DNA from: Candidatus Hermodarchaeota archaeon
GTDB lineage: Archaea; Asgardarchaeota; Heimdallarchaeia; Hodarchaeales; Hodarchaeaceae
Direction of reading: 5' to 3'
Length of the DNA stretch: 32,000 nt
Assembly (NCBI GenBank): GCA_048886185.1
Contig: JBHLKY010000031.1
Location: 1-32,000, forward strand
Below the pieces are notes generated by a model, which saw only the letters and a program-made list of their open reading frames with translations, had not been told where the DNA came from and made no database searches. This document shows, piece after piece, positions 9,625 through 17,800 of the stretch. Within the stretch, counting starts at the first letter, position 1. Each line of letters opens with the position of its first letter. The position numbers were made by a program, and so were the translations under genes.

Positions 9625-10869
9625 TTACTGATTGAAGCTAGTGCTTCGTACAGAGCTGTTCTGATGTGTATCGAGCTTGTTCCCGATATCGTACGCAAGG
9701 GCAGAAAGAATGACTACAAACATCAATCCAAGAGCCAGAAAACCAAAAATCCATTGAATACCATAAGTAATATCCGCGTTAAAGAACCACAGTAGAGGAT
9801 ACCCAAAGATTGCGATTTCAACCCCTGTCCAAAAGGTGATCAGGAGTACAGGGACAGACCAAGGCCAAAATTTAGCAAAGAAACCCCGTACGCGTACAGA
9901 GAGATGTGTATCCCACCACGTTAATGGTTTGTTTATCTTAGTTGCTGTAATAGTTGCAAAGATTGAAAAGAATATTGGCCCATAACCACCTCCAACTAAC
10001 CATAGTATTATTGAGAGGAGAAATAGAACCCGCGCACCATATTTCCGGTCAATGAACACCGTTGCCCATATGGTCACTAATAGACCGATAATAATTGCTA
10101 GGATACCCGTCCAGAAATAGTTTGGTATCAATGTGATAGCTGTTTCGGTCGCATGCTCCCAAAAATTTTGCTCAGGACCAATTGCATCTATCCATATGCC
10201 ATTTGGAGTTACGTTTCCTTGAAGTACTTCTAATATTCCATGTTCTACACCAGCCAGTCCAACAAGAATACCTAATGTTGATGTAACCACTCTTGTCGCA
10301 TTCATGTTGCTCCAATGTAGTTTAAAGTTGTGTAGATTCATCTGTATCATTAATATTCCGTTTTTCTTAATCTTTTGTCCATTCTGGAGTTGTTTCCAAC
10401 TAAAAAAGTATATTGTGGTACAAATTATGAGAGAGCCAAATTCACCTAGCAGAACCCCAATTCCTGTGCTCCATACTCCAAGTCCTAAAGAGAGTGCTCC
10501 ACCAAAGGGATGAAGTAATGGACTACTAGGGTTATTTGGAAAAATATATGTCATAGGTTGAGAAATAAAGTCAATAACCCAGTGACTGAAAACAAGAAGA
10601 CCGAGGGTTATGCTTGTACGAGAATCACTTGTAAGTCGTAAAGCGATTATTGTTGCAAGCACCGACCAAACGATAGCCATAAAGAGACTGTGAGACCACG
10701 GCGCGGATCCCACTTGGTCTGAGAGTGGGAGCTGTTCAATTCCTACTATCATGAAAATCAAAAAGAGGATGTCAATGAGGTATGCACAGAGAATTAACAT
10801 CCAGACTGATATTCTGGGAGAAATTCTCTTAGAAGCAAGTCCAATTGCCAAATGAGTTAATCCAGCCAT
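9625..10869 (-). CDS. Two-part membrane protein: N-terminal YdjM/DUF457-like putative metal-dependent hydrolase fused to a second membrane domain
   Basis: THLAIG, LID, SHSL and SHWVID motifs in the N-terminal ~170 aa; the second half starts MNATRVV...GLAGVEHGILEVLQG behind its own GGAG. Confidence 0.75.
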   Translation of the reverse strand: MAGLTHLAIGLASKRISPRISVWMLILCAYLIDILFLIFMIVGIEQLPLSDQVGSAPWSHSLFMAIVWSVLATIIALRLTSDSRTSITLGLLVFSHWVIDFISQPMTYIFPNNPSSPLLHPFGGALSLGLGVWSTGIGVLLGEFGSLIICTTIYFFSWKQLQNGQKIKKNGILMIQMNLHNFKLHWSNMNATRVVTSTLGILVGLAGVEHGILEVLQGNVTPNGIWIDAIGPEQNFWEHATETAITLIPNYFWTGILAIIIGLLVTIWATVFIDRKYGARVLFLLSIILWLVGGGYGPIFFSIFATITATKINKPLTWWDTHLSVRVRGFFAKFWPWSVPVLLITFWTGVEIAIFGYPLLWFFNADITYGIQWIFGFLALGLMFVVILSALAYDIGNKLDTHQNSSVRSTSFNQ

Positions 10870-10875
10870 AATTAA

Positions 10876-11859
10876 TCAAATCCGTTGAATTTGGATCCAA
10901 TGAAGCGTCTTTTGTAACGATTCTTCCAGAGGCCGAGGTTTCCATCCAAGTTCTCTCTGAATTTTTGAGGTATCGGTATAAATGCACGTTTCTGTGGAAA
11001 TCCTAGCTTCTTCCCTTGTTACTTGTTTTGAGAAAATTGCGAAAATCTTCATGAGTAAGGGAGACATCTGAAATCTAGGTACCTTTATTTTGGAGGACAT
11101 TTTATTGAGTAATTGTAAAGTTTTTTTAAACGTAATAACCTCTGTAGCACAGATATAACGACCCTTAGCATCCTTCTTTTCAAATGCTAAAATATGAGCT
11201 AACGCAACATCCCGAACATCCACAAAATTGAATCGCATAGGGGGGATCATTGGAAGCTTGTTGGCTAGAATGTCTTCAAAAATTTGAGTAGTAGGGGTAT
11301 GTCTATGAAAATTAGGCCCGATTATATACCCTGGATTGATCGTAATTAGATCTAAATTGTTTGATTCCGCATATTTCCAGGCCTCCCATTCTGCTTTATA
11401 CTTAGCGTAATAGTAGGGGTTTTTTGCTTGATGGTACCAATCATCCTCTGAAAAGGGTTTGTCAGGAGTGGTTCCCATTCCGACTGCTGCCATACTACTA
11501 GTCCATACAATCCGTTTTACACCCGCTTCTTTTGCTGATTTAAGAACATTCAACCCTCCTATCACTGAAGGATCAATAATCTCTTTCTGGGGGTCTTTTG
11601 CAGATAAGGAAAAGACCGCTGCCGTGTGGAAAATGCCATCGACCGCTTCTACCGCTTTTCTGAGCGTCTCGGGTTTCATTAAATCGGCATCTACGATTTC
11701 AACACCAAGATTGAGCAGATGTTTGTTTCTCTCTGTGTTCTGTGAATTTCTAACACCCGCCCGAACATCATAGTTACGAGCTAGTAACTCTTTTACCAAT
11801 GTAAATCCAAGATGTCCTGTGGCTCCTGTAACTAGAACCTTTTTTCCGTTTTCTTCCAT
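10876..11859 (-). CDS. NAD-dependent epimerase/dehydratase, extended SDR (dihydroflavonol-reductase-like)
   Basis: VLVTGATGHLG Rossmann motif, FHTAA, WTSSMAAV, YxxxK (YYYAK), INPGYIIGP, FVDVRDVALAH. Confidence 0.93.
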   Translation of the reverse strand: MEENGKKVLVTGATGHLGFTLVKELLARNYDVRAGVRNSQNTERNKHLLNLGVEIVDADLMKPETLRKAVEAVDGIFHTAAVFSLSAKDPQKEIIDPSVIGGLNVLKSAKEAGVKRIVWTSSMAAVGMGTTPDKPFSEDDWYHQAKNPYYYAKYKAEWEAWKYAESNNLDLITINPGYIIGPNFHRHTPTTQIFEDILANKLPMIPPMRFNFVDVRDVALAHILAFEKKDAKGRYICATEVITFKKTLQLLNKMSSKIKVPRFQMSPLLMKIFAIFSKQVTREEARISTETCIYTDTSKIQRELGWKPRPLEESLQKTLHWIQIQRI

Positions 11860-11897
11860 TTTTAATCACTTTTTTGGTTGTGTTTGTTTATTATCGA

Positions 11898-11912
11898 AAA
11901 GTTTAAAACTTT
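11898..11912. promoter_or_regulatory. 7-1-7 inverted repeat in divergent promoter, overlapping a TTTAAA TATA-like element
   Basis: AAAGTTT-A-AAACTTT between the divergent SDR and TrmB genes; a partial copy aaagtttaaa lies at 11923. Confidence 0.35.
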
Positions 11913-11988
11913 CAACTAGTGTAAAGTTTAAATGTTAAAATAAATTTCAGTAATGAAAAAATAAATTCCAGTTTATTTGGTGATATAG

Positions 11989-12813
11989 ATGACTTCCATT
12001 GAAAATGAGAATGTATTAGAGAGATATGGCTTAACAAACTATGAATTTGTAGCTTATAAGACCTTACTCCACCGAGGAGCGTGTGATGCAAAAGAACTCT
12101 CGGATAAATCGAAAGTTCCCACCGGACGAATCTATGATGTGACTGGTTCCTTGGAAGACAAAGGATTGATTGAGATTCAGAAACATTCCCGACCGAAACT
12201 CTATTCTCCTGTTGATCCCAGTATTGCTATGAAAAATTTATTGGAACGGAAGAAAGAAGAGCTTGAAATCCTTACAGAAAATGCTTTAGTCATTGAAGAT
12301 GAGCTAAAGAGGTATCATCGAACAACTCCGAGTGAGAGTCTCTTTTGGAAAATCGGAATTGGGAATGAGGCAATCGACAGATGGAATGTTCGTTTAAAAG
12401 AAGCACAGAATGAAATTCTCTATTATGGAGAATTTTTTGAAACACCACCTCAAATTCATGCCCAAGAAATCCAAGAAGAAGCAGAAATATTTGCGGATTT
12501 ACAGGAAAGAGGAGTAAAAATACGAATGTTATTAGGTACAAAAAATATGGTTGAAACTATGCAAGAAATGTTAGAATTAGTGTTACCATTCATTCATAGG
12601 CTTAATCTTGATGAAATGCCAGTTAAGTTTACTGAAACGATAACCAATCCCTTCGTGATAATGGATGACGAAAAAGTTCTCATAAAAATAAAAAATCCCG
12701 CCAATTTAGCTGAATATTTTGCGTCGATATATGTCTGGCAACGTAAGTTCGCTACTAGGCTATCATTGAAATATCACGAAATGTGGAGTAAAGCGGAAGA
12801 ATTTTCATTATAA
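11989..12813 (+). CDS. TrmB-family transcriptional regulator
   Basis: GLTNYE..AY..LL..G...A.ELS..S.VP.GRIYDV..SLE.KGL HTH; C-terminal effector domain (FVIMDDEKVLI); GGTGA RBS. Confidence 0.92.
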   Translation: MTSIENENVLERYGLTNYEFVAYKTLLHRGACDAKELSDKSKVPTGRIYDVTGSLEDKGLIEIQKHSRPKLYSPVDPSIAMKNLLERKKEELEILTENALVIEDELKRYHRTTPSESLFWKIGIGNEAIDRWNVRLKEAQNEILYYGEFFETPPQIHAQEIQEEAEIFADLQERGVKIRMLLGTKNMVETMQEMLELVLPFIHRLNLDEMPVKFTETITNPFVIMDDEKVLIKIKNPANLAEYFASIYVWQRKFATRLSLKYHEMWSKAEEFSL

Positions 12814-12841
12814 AATGCATGGTATTAACTTTTCTTTACCT

Positions 12842-12853
12842 AACCAACGTGTA
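12842..12853 (+). repeat. Intergenic CCAAC-motif copy 5 (weak)
   Basis: aaccaac gtgta, 28 bp after the TrmB stop; tail does not match the other copies. Confidence 0.4.
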
Positions 12854-13037
12854 CCCCAGCTAAAAAAGAACTCGAATAGAAAAGTTATCCGTCCTCGATT
12901 ATCAATTTCAACTATACCTATCTTTATTCCCATTCCCACTAGAATACCCTCAGATAATTTTATTATCTGTTTGCTGTTTAATTTCGCATATAATTGAATG
13001 ATTTAATTAAGTTGGAATTCTCTGAGAATAGGGATCT

Positions 13038-14375
13038 TTACTTTTGTTTTATGCACTCAAAGATTATAAAGAAGGGGATGCGATCAGTATCAAATGCTAA
13101 TAGTCTTGGATGGTTCTTTATTACTTCATTATCTGGTTTAGGCTCTACAATTTCTCGAATTAAAAATCCTGCTCCTTTCAGTGCAGCACTATATTCTGAA
13201 AGAGTTCGATCGAACTGCCAGATAGGTTCCATTGAACCCCATGAAATTAAAGTTCCTCCTGAATCAAAATATCTATCTATCATTACGTAAAGTCGTTCTT
13301 CGTTCCGTGGGGTATCAAAAGGAAGTCGATAAAACAAATTACTAATTCTAGCAAATACAGGATGTAAATTTGACCAAATGAATCTTCCTTCTAGTTTCAA
13401 TACGCGAGCGAGCTCTTTAAATGCCTGTTTATAATGTAAAACATCTACAAACACGATATTTGAAATAATTAAGTCAAATTGGTTATCATCAATTCTACGA
13501 AGATCCTCCAAAGACCAAGTATGATAGTCAATTCCTAATTGCTGTTGTTTTTCTTTATTCTTGCAATAATCAATTAATACCTTTGATTGATCAACTCCTG
13601 TCACTAAAGCCCCCCTTAACGCAAGAGCTCTACTGAAATACCCATTACCGCATCCTGCATCAAGTACAGATAGGTTATTTACCTCTCCGATCAATTTCCA
13701 CATTGCAGGATCAATAATCAACTGTCGATTTATATCCCCAATGTCGTCTTGGGAGGTGTGGTTCACCAGATCTATCCACTGTTTGCTTGTCTGTTCCCAT
13801 TGTGCTCGAACATCTGTTTGACTTATAGTAGCTTGATCTAATAAAGGAGAATGGAATTTAACCGATCCGACACGACTCGACATTTTCTTTCTCTTCGATA
13901 ATACACCATTAGGAATTTTGAGGGCTTCATCCACTGTGATCTTCTTACCACTTCTAACTTTCTCAGGCTTCCACTTATCTAAATCTAATATTCCAAATTC
14001 CACAGAATGAGTGTATTTTCCCATATCTAGCTGCCATGGATGTTTTCCTTGAAACTCTGAGTAGTACAAATCAAAATGAGGTTCATTACAACTCGAACAC
14101 TGGAAAGAATAGGCATATGTTGTATTCCAAAAGGTAATAGGGTGAAGGACTGGTTTGTTACAATCCCCACATATTAATTCCTGCTTATTTTCACACCAAT
14201 AAAGCCAGCTAAAGTGGTGGAATTTTTTACATAGTGAGCACTGGAATTGAGAATGTAATGCACATCTAAACGCAGTATCATCCACTGAAAAAGAGCCTAA
14301 TCTGACGGGGTATGTCGATTCATAGTTCTTGATGATCTTACAATAAAAACACTTTGGAATTGCCTGTGAATCCAT
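13038..14375 (-). CDS. Class I SAM-dependent methyltransferase with N-terminal Cys/His-rich (putative Zn-finger) domain
   Basis: VLDAGCGNGY motif I, VTGVDQS, FDLIISN, LKLEGRFI; N-terminal CFYC...CALH-x4-CSLC...CGDC...CSSC-x3-H. Confidence 0.9.
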   Translation of the reverse strand: MDSQAIPKCFYCKIIKNYESTYPVRLGSFSVDDTAFRCALHSQFQCSLCKKFHHFSWLYWCENKQELICGDCNKPVLHPITFWNTTYAYSFQCSSCNEPHFDLYYSEFQGKHPWQLDMGKYTHSVEFGILDLDKWKPEKVRSGKKITVDEALKIPNGVLSKRKKMSSRVGSVKFHSPLLDQATISQTDVRAQWEQTSKQWIDLVNHTSQDDIGDINRQLIIDPAMWKLIGEVNNLSVLDAGCGNGYFSRALALRGALVTGVDQSKVLIDYCKNKEKQQQLGIDYHTWSLEDLRRIDDNQFDLIISNIVFVDVLHYKQAFKELARVLKLEGRFIWSNLHPVFARISNLFYRLPFDTPRNEERLYVMIDRYFDSGGTLISWGSMEPIWQFDRTLSEYSAALKGAGFLIREIVEPKPDNEVIKNHPRLLAFDTDRIPFFIIFECIKQK

Positions 14376-14426
14376 AAAACTGACCTCTTAATGAATGCCT
14401 TTTATTCTTGTGATTTAGGTAATTTT

Positions 14427-14840
14427 CAGGAAGTGATTGTTGCTGACTTATGCGGATGATGAATTTATTATCTATGAAATGTCCAGCTGGGAATCCATAG
14501 AAGACTGATTCAGTTTCTATAACCAAATTAGATGAAAAAAGAATAATGGAAATCAAAAGAAATGTTTGAATATAAATAAGAGGGTTTTTTTCATTAGATC
14601 ACTCTTCAGAGCATAAAATTATTCAATCAATAATTGAAACTTCCGATTCCATTAAATCGTTACAATAATCAAATCCGGGTTTATTATCTATCAGCTACCC
14701 CGAAAAATGATGTATTAGAATTTATTGAACTTCTGAAAATTAAATCTGTCGCATTTTCAATCAAATAATATGAACAGATTGATCAGAATCATTTAAACGA
14801 AGTGATTGGAAAATTGCTTGCCGGGTTGTCAGAAAAATAA
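14427..14840 (+). pseudogene. Decayed ORF fragments of an unknown soluble protein
   Basis: Protein-like segments across frames (ADDEFIIYEMSSWESIED; HSSEHKIIQSIIETS; NDVLEFIELLKIKSVAFSIK*YEQIDQNHLNEVIGKLLAGLSEK*) broken by stops and frameshifts. Confidence 0.35.
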
Positions 14841-15031
14841 CAAAAAAGTTTCGCGATTCAAAAAAAGAAAACATGTGGGGGCAATAAAAAAATTATACTA
14901 TTACTACTACTACTGTAAATAAACAACACATACCAAAAATAAAATTAAAACTGAAATAGTTAAAGGATTTTGTGAAATAGATTAGAGAGAATTCATTTGG
15001 GGTGCATTAAAAAGACAAAAATTTTCTAGAA

Positions 15032-15529
15032 ATGATGGTGAAAGGAATGGAATTTACCTTAGAAATAATAACAGCAACATTATCACCTATAGTCATGATG
15101 AGTGCAGTAGGATTAGTCCTCCTTATGATGCAAAATCGATATTCGCGTCTAAAAGATCGAACTTTACTCTATGATCGCTATTATAATATTCTAAAAAGTA
15201 TAGAATCCCCAGAAGAGCATTTAGAAGTAGTAACTAAGATCAGGAATATGTATCTGAATGAAACAAGAGTAGTTAAAAATGCAATGATTTTTGCCTTTAC
15301 GGCAATAGTGTTTGTAATTGTAACATGTATTAGCATTCTTTCACAAGAAGTCTTGACATTAGATTTATCTTATCTTATTATGTTTAGTTTTATTCTTGCA
15401 CTTGTGACTATATTAATCACTATTCTAATAATGGCGATTTCGCTTACTATGTCTGTCTCAACAGTTGAATATGAAATTGAGAAAATGACCTATGAGATAG
15501 ATATACAAATCATAAAATTTAGAGAATAA
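15032..15529 (+). CDS. DUF2721-like small membrane protein
   Basis: LSPIVMMSAVGLVLLMMQNRYSR N-terminal pattern and three hydrophobic segments; exact start uncertain. Confidence 0.7.
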   Translation: MMVKGMEFTLEIITATLSPIVMMSAVGLVLLMMQNRYSRLKDRTLLYDRYYNILKSIESPEEHLEVVTKIRNMYLNETRVVKNAMIFAFTAIVFVIVTCISILSQEVLTLDLSYLIMFSFILALVTILITILIMAISLTMSVSTVEYEIEKMTYEIDIQIIKFRE

Positions 15530-15546
15530 ATTTAGAGAATAAATTT
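15515..15546 (+). repeat. 13-bp tandem duplication across the DUF2721 stop codon
   Basis: aaatttagagaat x2 plus aaattt. Confidence 0.85.
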
Positions 15547-15661
15547 CCCTATTCAGTTTAGATTTTCCTGTATTCTGGGTTAGATAGCACTTAATAGAAT
15601 TATTAAGAATAAAACTTAAAATAAAACTAGATTTTTGGTAAATTGTAATAGGGGATTCACC

Positions 15662-16330
15662 ATGAAAACATCCGCATATCTATCGGATAGGGTTCAAAAG
15701 ATTCTGCTTATCTGCGCTTTTCCCGCTTCACTGCTGAAAATCGGGACTGATATACTTGCAGGCTTTCTGTGGGAGGGTTATAACTTCACCTCGCGATCCA
15801 TCAGTGACCTGAGTGCTATTGGTGCTCCAACAAGACCGCTTGTCGTTCCACTTGATCTCATGGCTGATATATTCTTGACCGTATTCGCATTGGGTGTTTG
15901 GTCATTAGCTGGCGGGAACCGTGCTCTGCGCATCACAGCAGGAATGCTAATCGGAAATGCAGTGTTCCTCTTGATAGGAGTATTCTTTCCATTTCACCTC
16001 AATGAGACTATAAGTTCAGTTGCCAATACCACGAATACAATCATCATTGGTGTGAGCGTACTCTTCCTTCTGCTAGCCATCGGGTTCGGATCCGCTGCGT
16101 ACCGAAATTGGTTCCGCTTCTACTCGATCGGGACATTTCTGGTATTCCTCGTAGAAGACATTTGGGCAACATGGGCCACCCCATTTGTCCTTGCAGGACA
16201 GCGAGGGCCGTTGGTCGGGATTCAGGAACGTACTATGCTCTATGGTTATCTGCTTTGGGTAGTTGTATTAGCTGTTGTCCTCTTGCGGTCTAAAAGACTA
16301 TATAGCTCAATGAACGGCATCGATACATAG
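15662..16330 (+). CDS. DUF998-like membrane protein
   Basis: GYNFTSRSISDLSAIGAPTR and G..ER patterns; ATG 15662 after AGGGGA preferred over TTG 15635; about 50% GC in sampled lines versus about 27% in the neighbouring gene. Confidence 0.8.
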   Translation: MKTSAYLSDRVQKILLICAFPASLLKIGTDILAGFLWEGYNFTSRSISDLSAIGAPTRPLVVPLDLMADIFLTVFALGVWSLAGGNRALRITAGMLIGNAVFLLIGVFFPFHLNETISSVANTTNTIIIGVSVLFLLLAIGFGSAAYRNWFRFYSIGTFLVFLVEDIWATWATPFVLAGQRGPLVGIQERTMLYGYLLWVVVLAVVLLRSKRLYSSMNGIDT

Positions 16331-16356
16331 ATAAATATAGAGAGGAATAGAAATAT

Positions 16357-16368
16357 ATCCAACGACCA
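16357..16368 (+). repeat. Intergenic CCAAC-motif copy 6
   Basis: atccaac gacca, 26 bp after the DUF998 stop; near-complementary to GTTAGAT at 15579. Confidence 0.5.
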
Positions 16369-16554
16369 GATCTTCCATAATAAATTTGTTCCTTTTATAA
16401 ACACATTTGAAAAGCATTGATATATTTGTGGATTGCTCTTTTTCTTATAAAATCGATCAGGATGCATGTACGCTAAAGATATGGATCATTGGTACTTTTC
16501 AAGGAGATTCACTTATAGCTAAATCTAAAAAAGCTGAAATAACAGAAATTGGGT

Positions 16555-17673
16555 ATGAAAAAACCAGAAGAACCTTTAAAAAAGAAGTTCGATGAGAAAA
16601 CTTTGATAAAACGGCTAAAAAGCTTATTTAGCGAAAAATACATTTTCATGACCGCTTTATTCTTGTGGTTTATTCCTATTTACTTAATATTGCCTTTCTT
16701 TGGATCAATTATTCAAGACCAAAATCTATTATTAATTCTGATAATAGTCTTTCCTTTTGTATGTCTAATCATTCCATTGCCCGTCATTAAGGTCATTTCT
16801 AACCGATTTACTAGTGTTGAAACGTCATTAGACACACTTTGGAAAGGTGAATCATCCGAACATGAACGTAATTATATTATCTACCATGTTGGGTTTATTT
16901 GGGCTGTATATTTCTTTATTGCACAATTTGGTGGTCCATTAATGCTGATTATGCTTTTTGTAGGAATAATCATTTTCATTACTGGATTAAGAAAAGGATG
17001 GCTATTAACAACCAATGGTGGTGTTGAACGATTTCGTGATTATTTCACACGATTAGATAAAGGACAGATCTTTTTACTTCTTTTCATGTTTGTTGGATTA
17101 GCTGGAGGAATGGCTTACATTGGGTATATTATAATTTTTGTTTACATCGCAGCAATTATAGTACATGACCAAGTAAAACCTTCTCAGTTAGGGGTTCGAT
17201 CAAACAAAATCTTATTTTTAGTCCCCGTTCTTGTAGTAATGGTTCTGCAAAATTTTGTTCTTAATTACCTAATTTGGTTGAGTGGAAATATAGAATTATT
17301 AGGAGGAGATACCTATCCATTATTCCAAACGTTATATATGTATTTAGTTGTAGGTTTTGGTGAAGAAATATCTTTTAGGGCAATATTCCAGACTTATCTG
17401 GAAAGAAGGTATGGAAATCACCGAGGGATCGTAATTACATCGATTCTATTTGCTATTTGCCATATTCCATCACATTTCTTAGGAATGGGGATGTTATTCG
17501 GATCTGACTTATTATTAGTATTAATTATGGCATCTATAAGTGTGTCACTTGTTTTCTACTCATCAATGATAACTGGATACGTTTGGTATCGTACACGTAA
17601 TCTCTGGGTTATTGCAGGTGCCCATATGGTAGCCAATTCCTCCGCCACAATTATCTATACGATATTTAATTAG
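16555..17673 (+). CDS. CPBP-family (CAAX/Abi/Rce1-like) intramembrane glutamic protease
   Basis: GFGEEISFR (EExxxR), LFAICH (FxxxH) and HMVAN (HxxxN) motifs; multi-TM; ATG 16555 (track starts at TTG 16549). Confidence 0.92.
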   Translation: MKKPEEPLKKKFDEKTLIKRLKSLFSEKYIFMTALFLWFIPIYLILPFFGSIIQDQNLLLILIIVFPFVCLIIPLPVIKVISNRFTSVETSLDTLWKGESSEHERNYIIYHVGFIWAVYFFIAQFGGPLMLIMLFVGIIIFITGLRKGWLLTTNGGVERFRDYFTRLDKGQIFLLLFMFVGLAGGMAYIGYIIIFVYIAAIIVHDQVKPSQLGVRSNKILFLVPVLVVMVLQNFVLNYLIWLSGNIELLGGDTYPLFQTLYMYLVVGFGEEISFRAIFQTYLERRYGNHRGIVITSILFAICHIPSHFLGMGMLFGSDLLLVLIMASISVSLVFYSSMITGYVWYRTRNLWVIAGAHMVANSSATIIYTIFN

Positions 17674-17800
17674 AAAACTAGCATACACTAATGTATCTTT
17701 ATGTCATATCGCTAGTAAGGTTTCTGATAGGAGTTCTTGAAGCCATAAAGTTCGATTTCATCAATTCGCATTTGGCATGTGATTAGCCATGATTATAAGC

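Noticed and set aside
16407-16595. 62-aa ORF overlapping the CPBP start
   Set aside because: TTG start, overlap with a well-supported gene and no motif.
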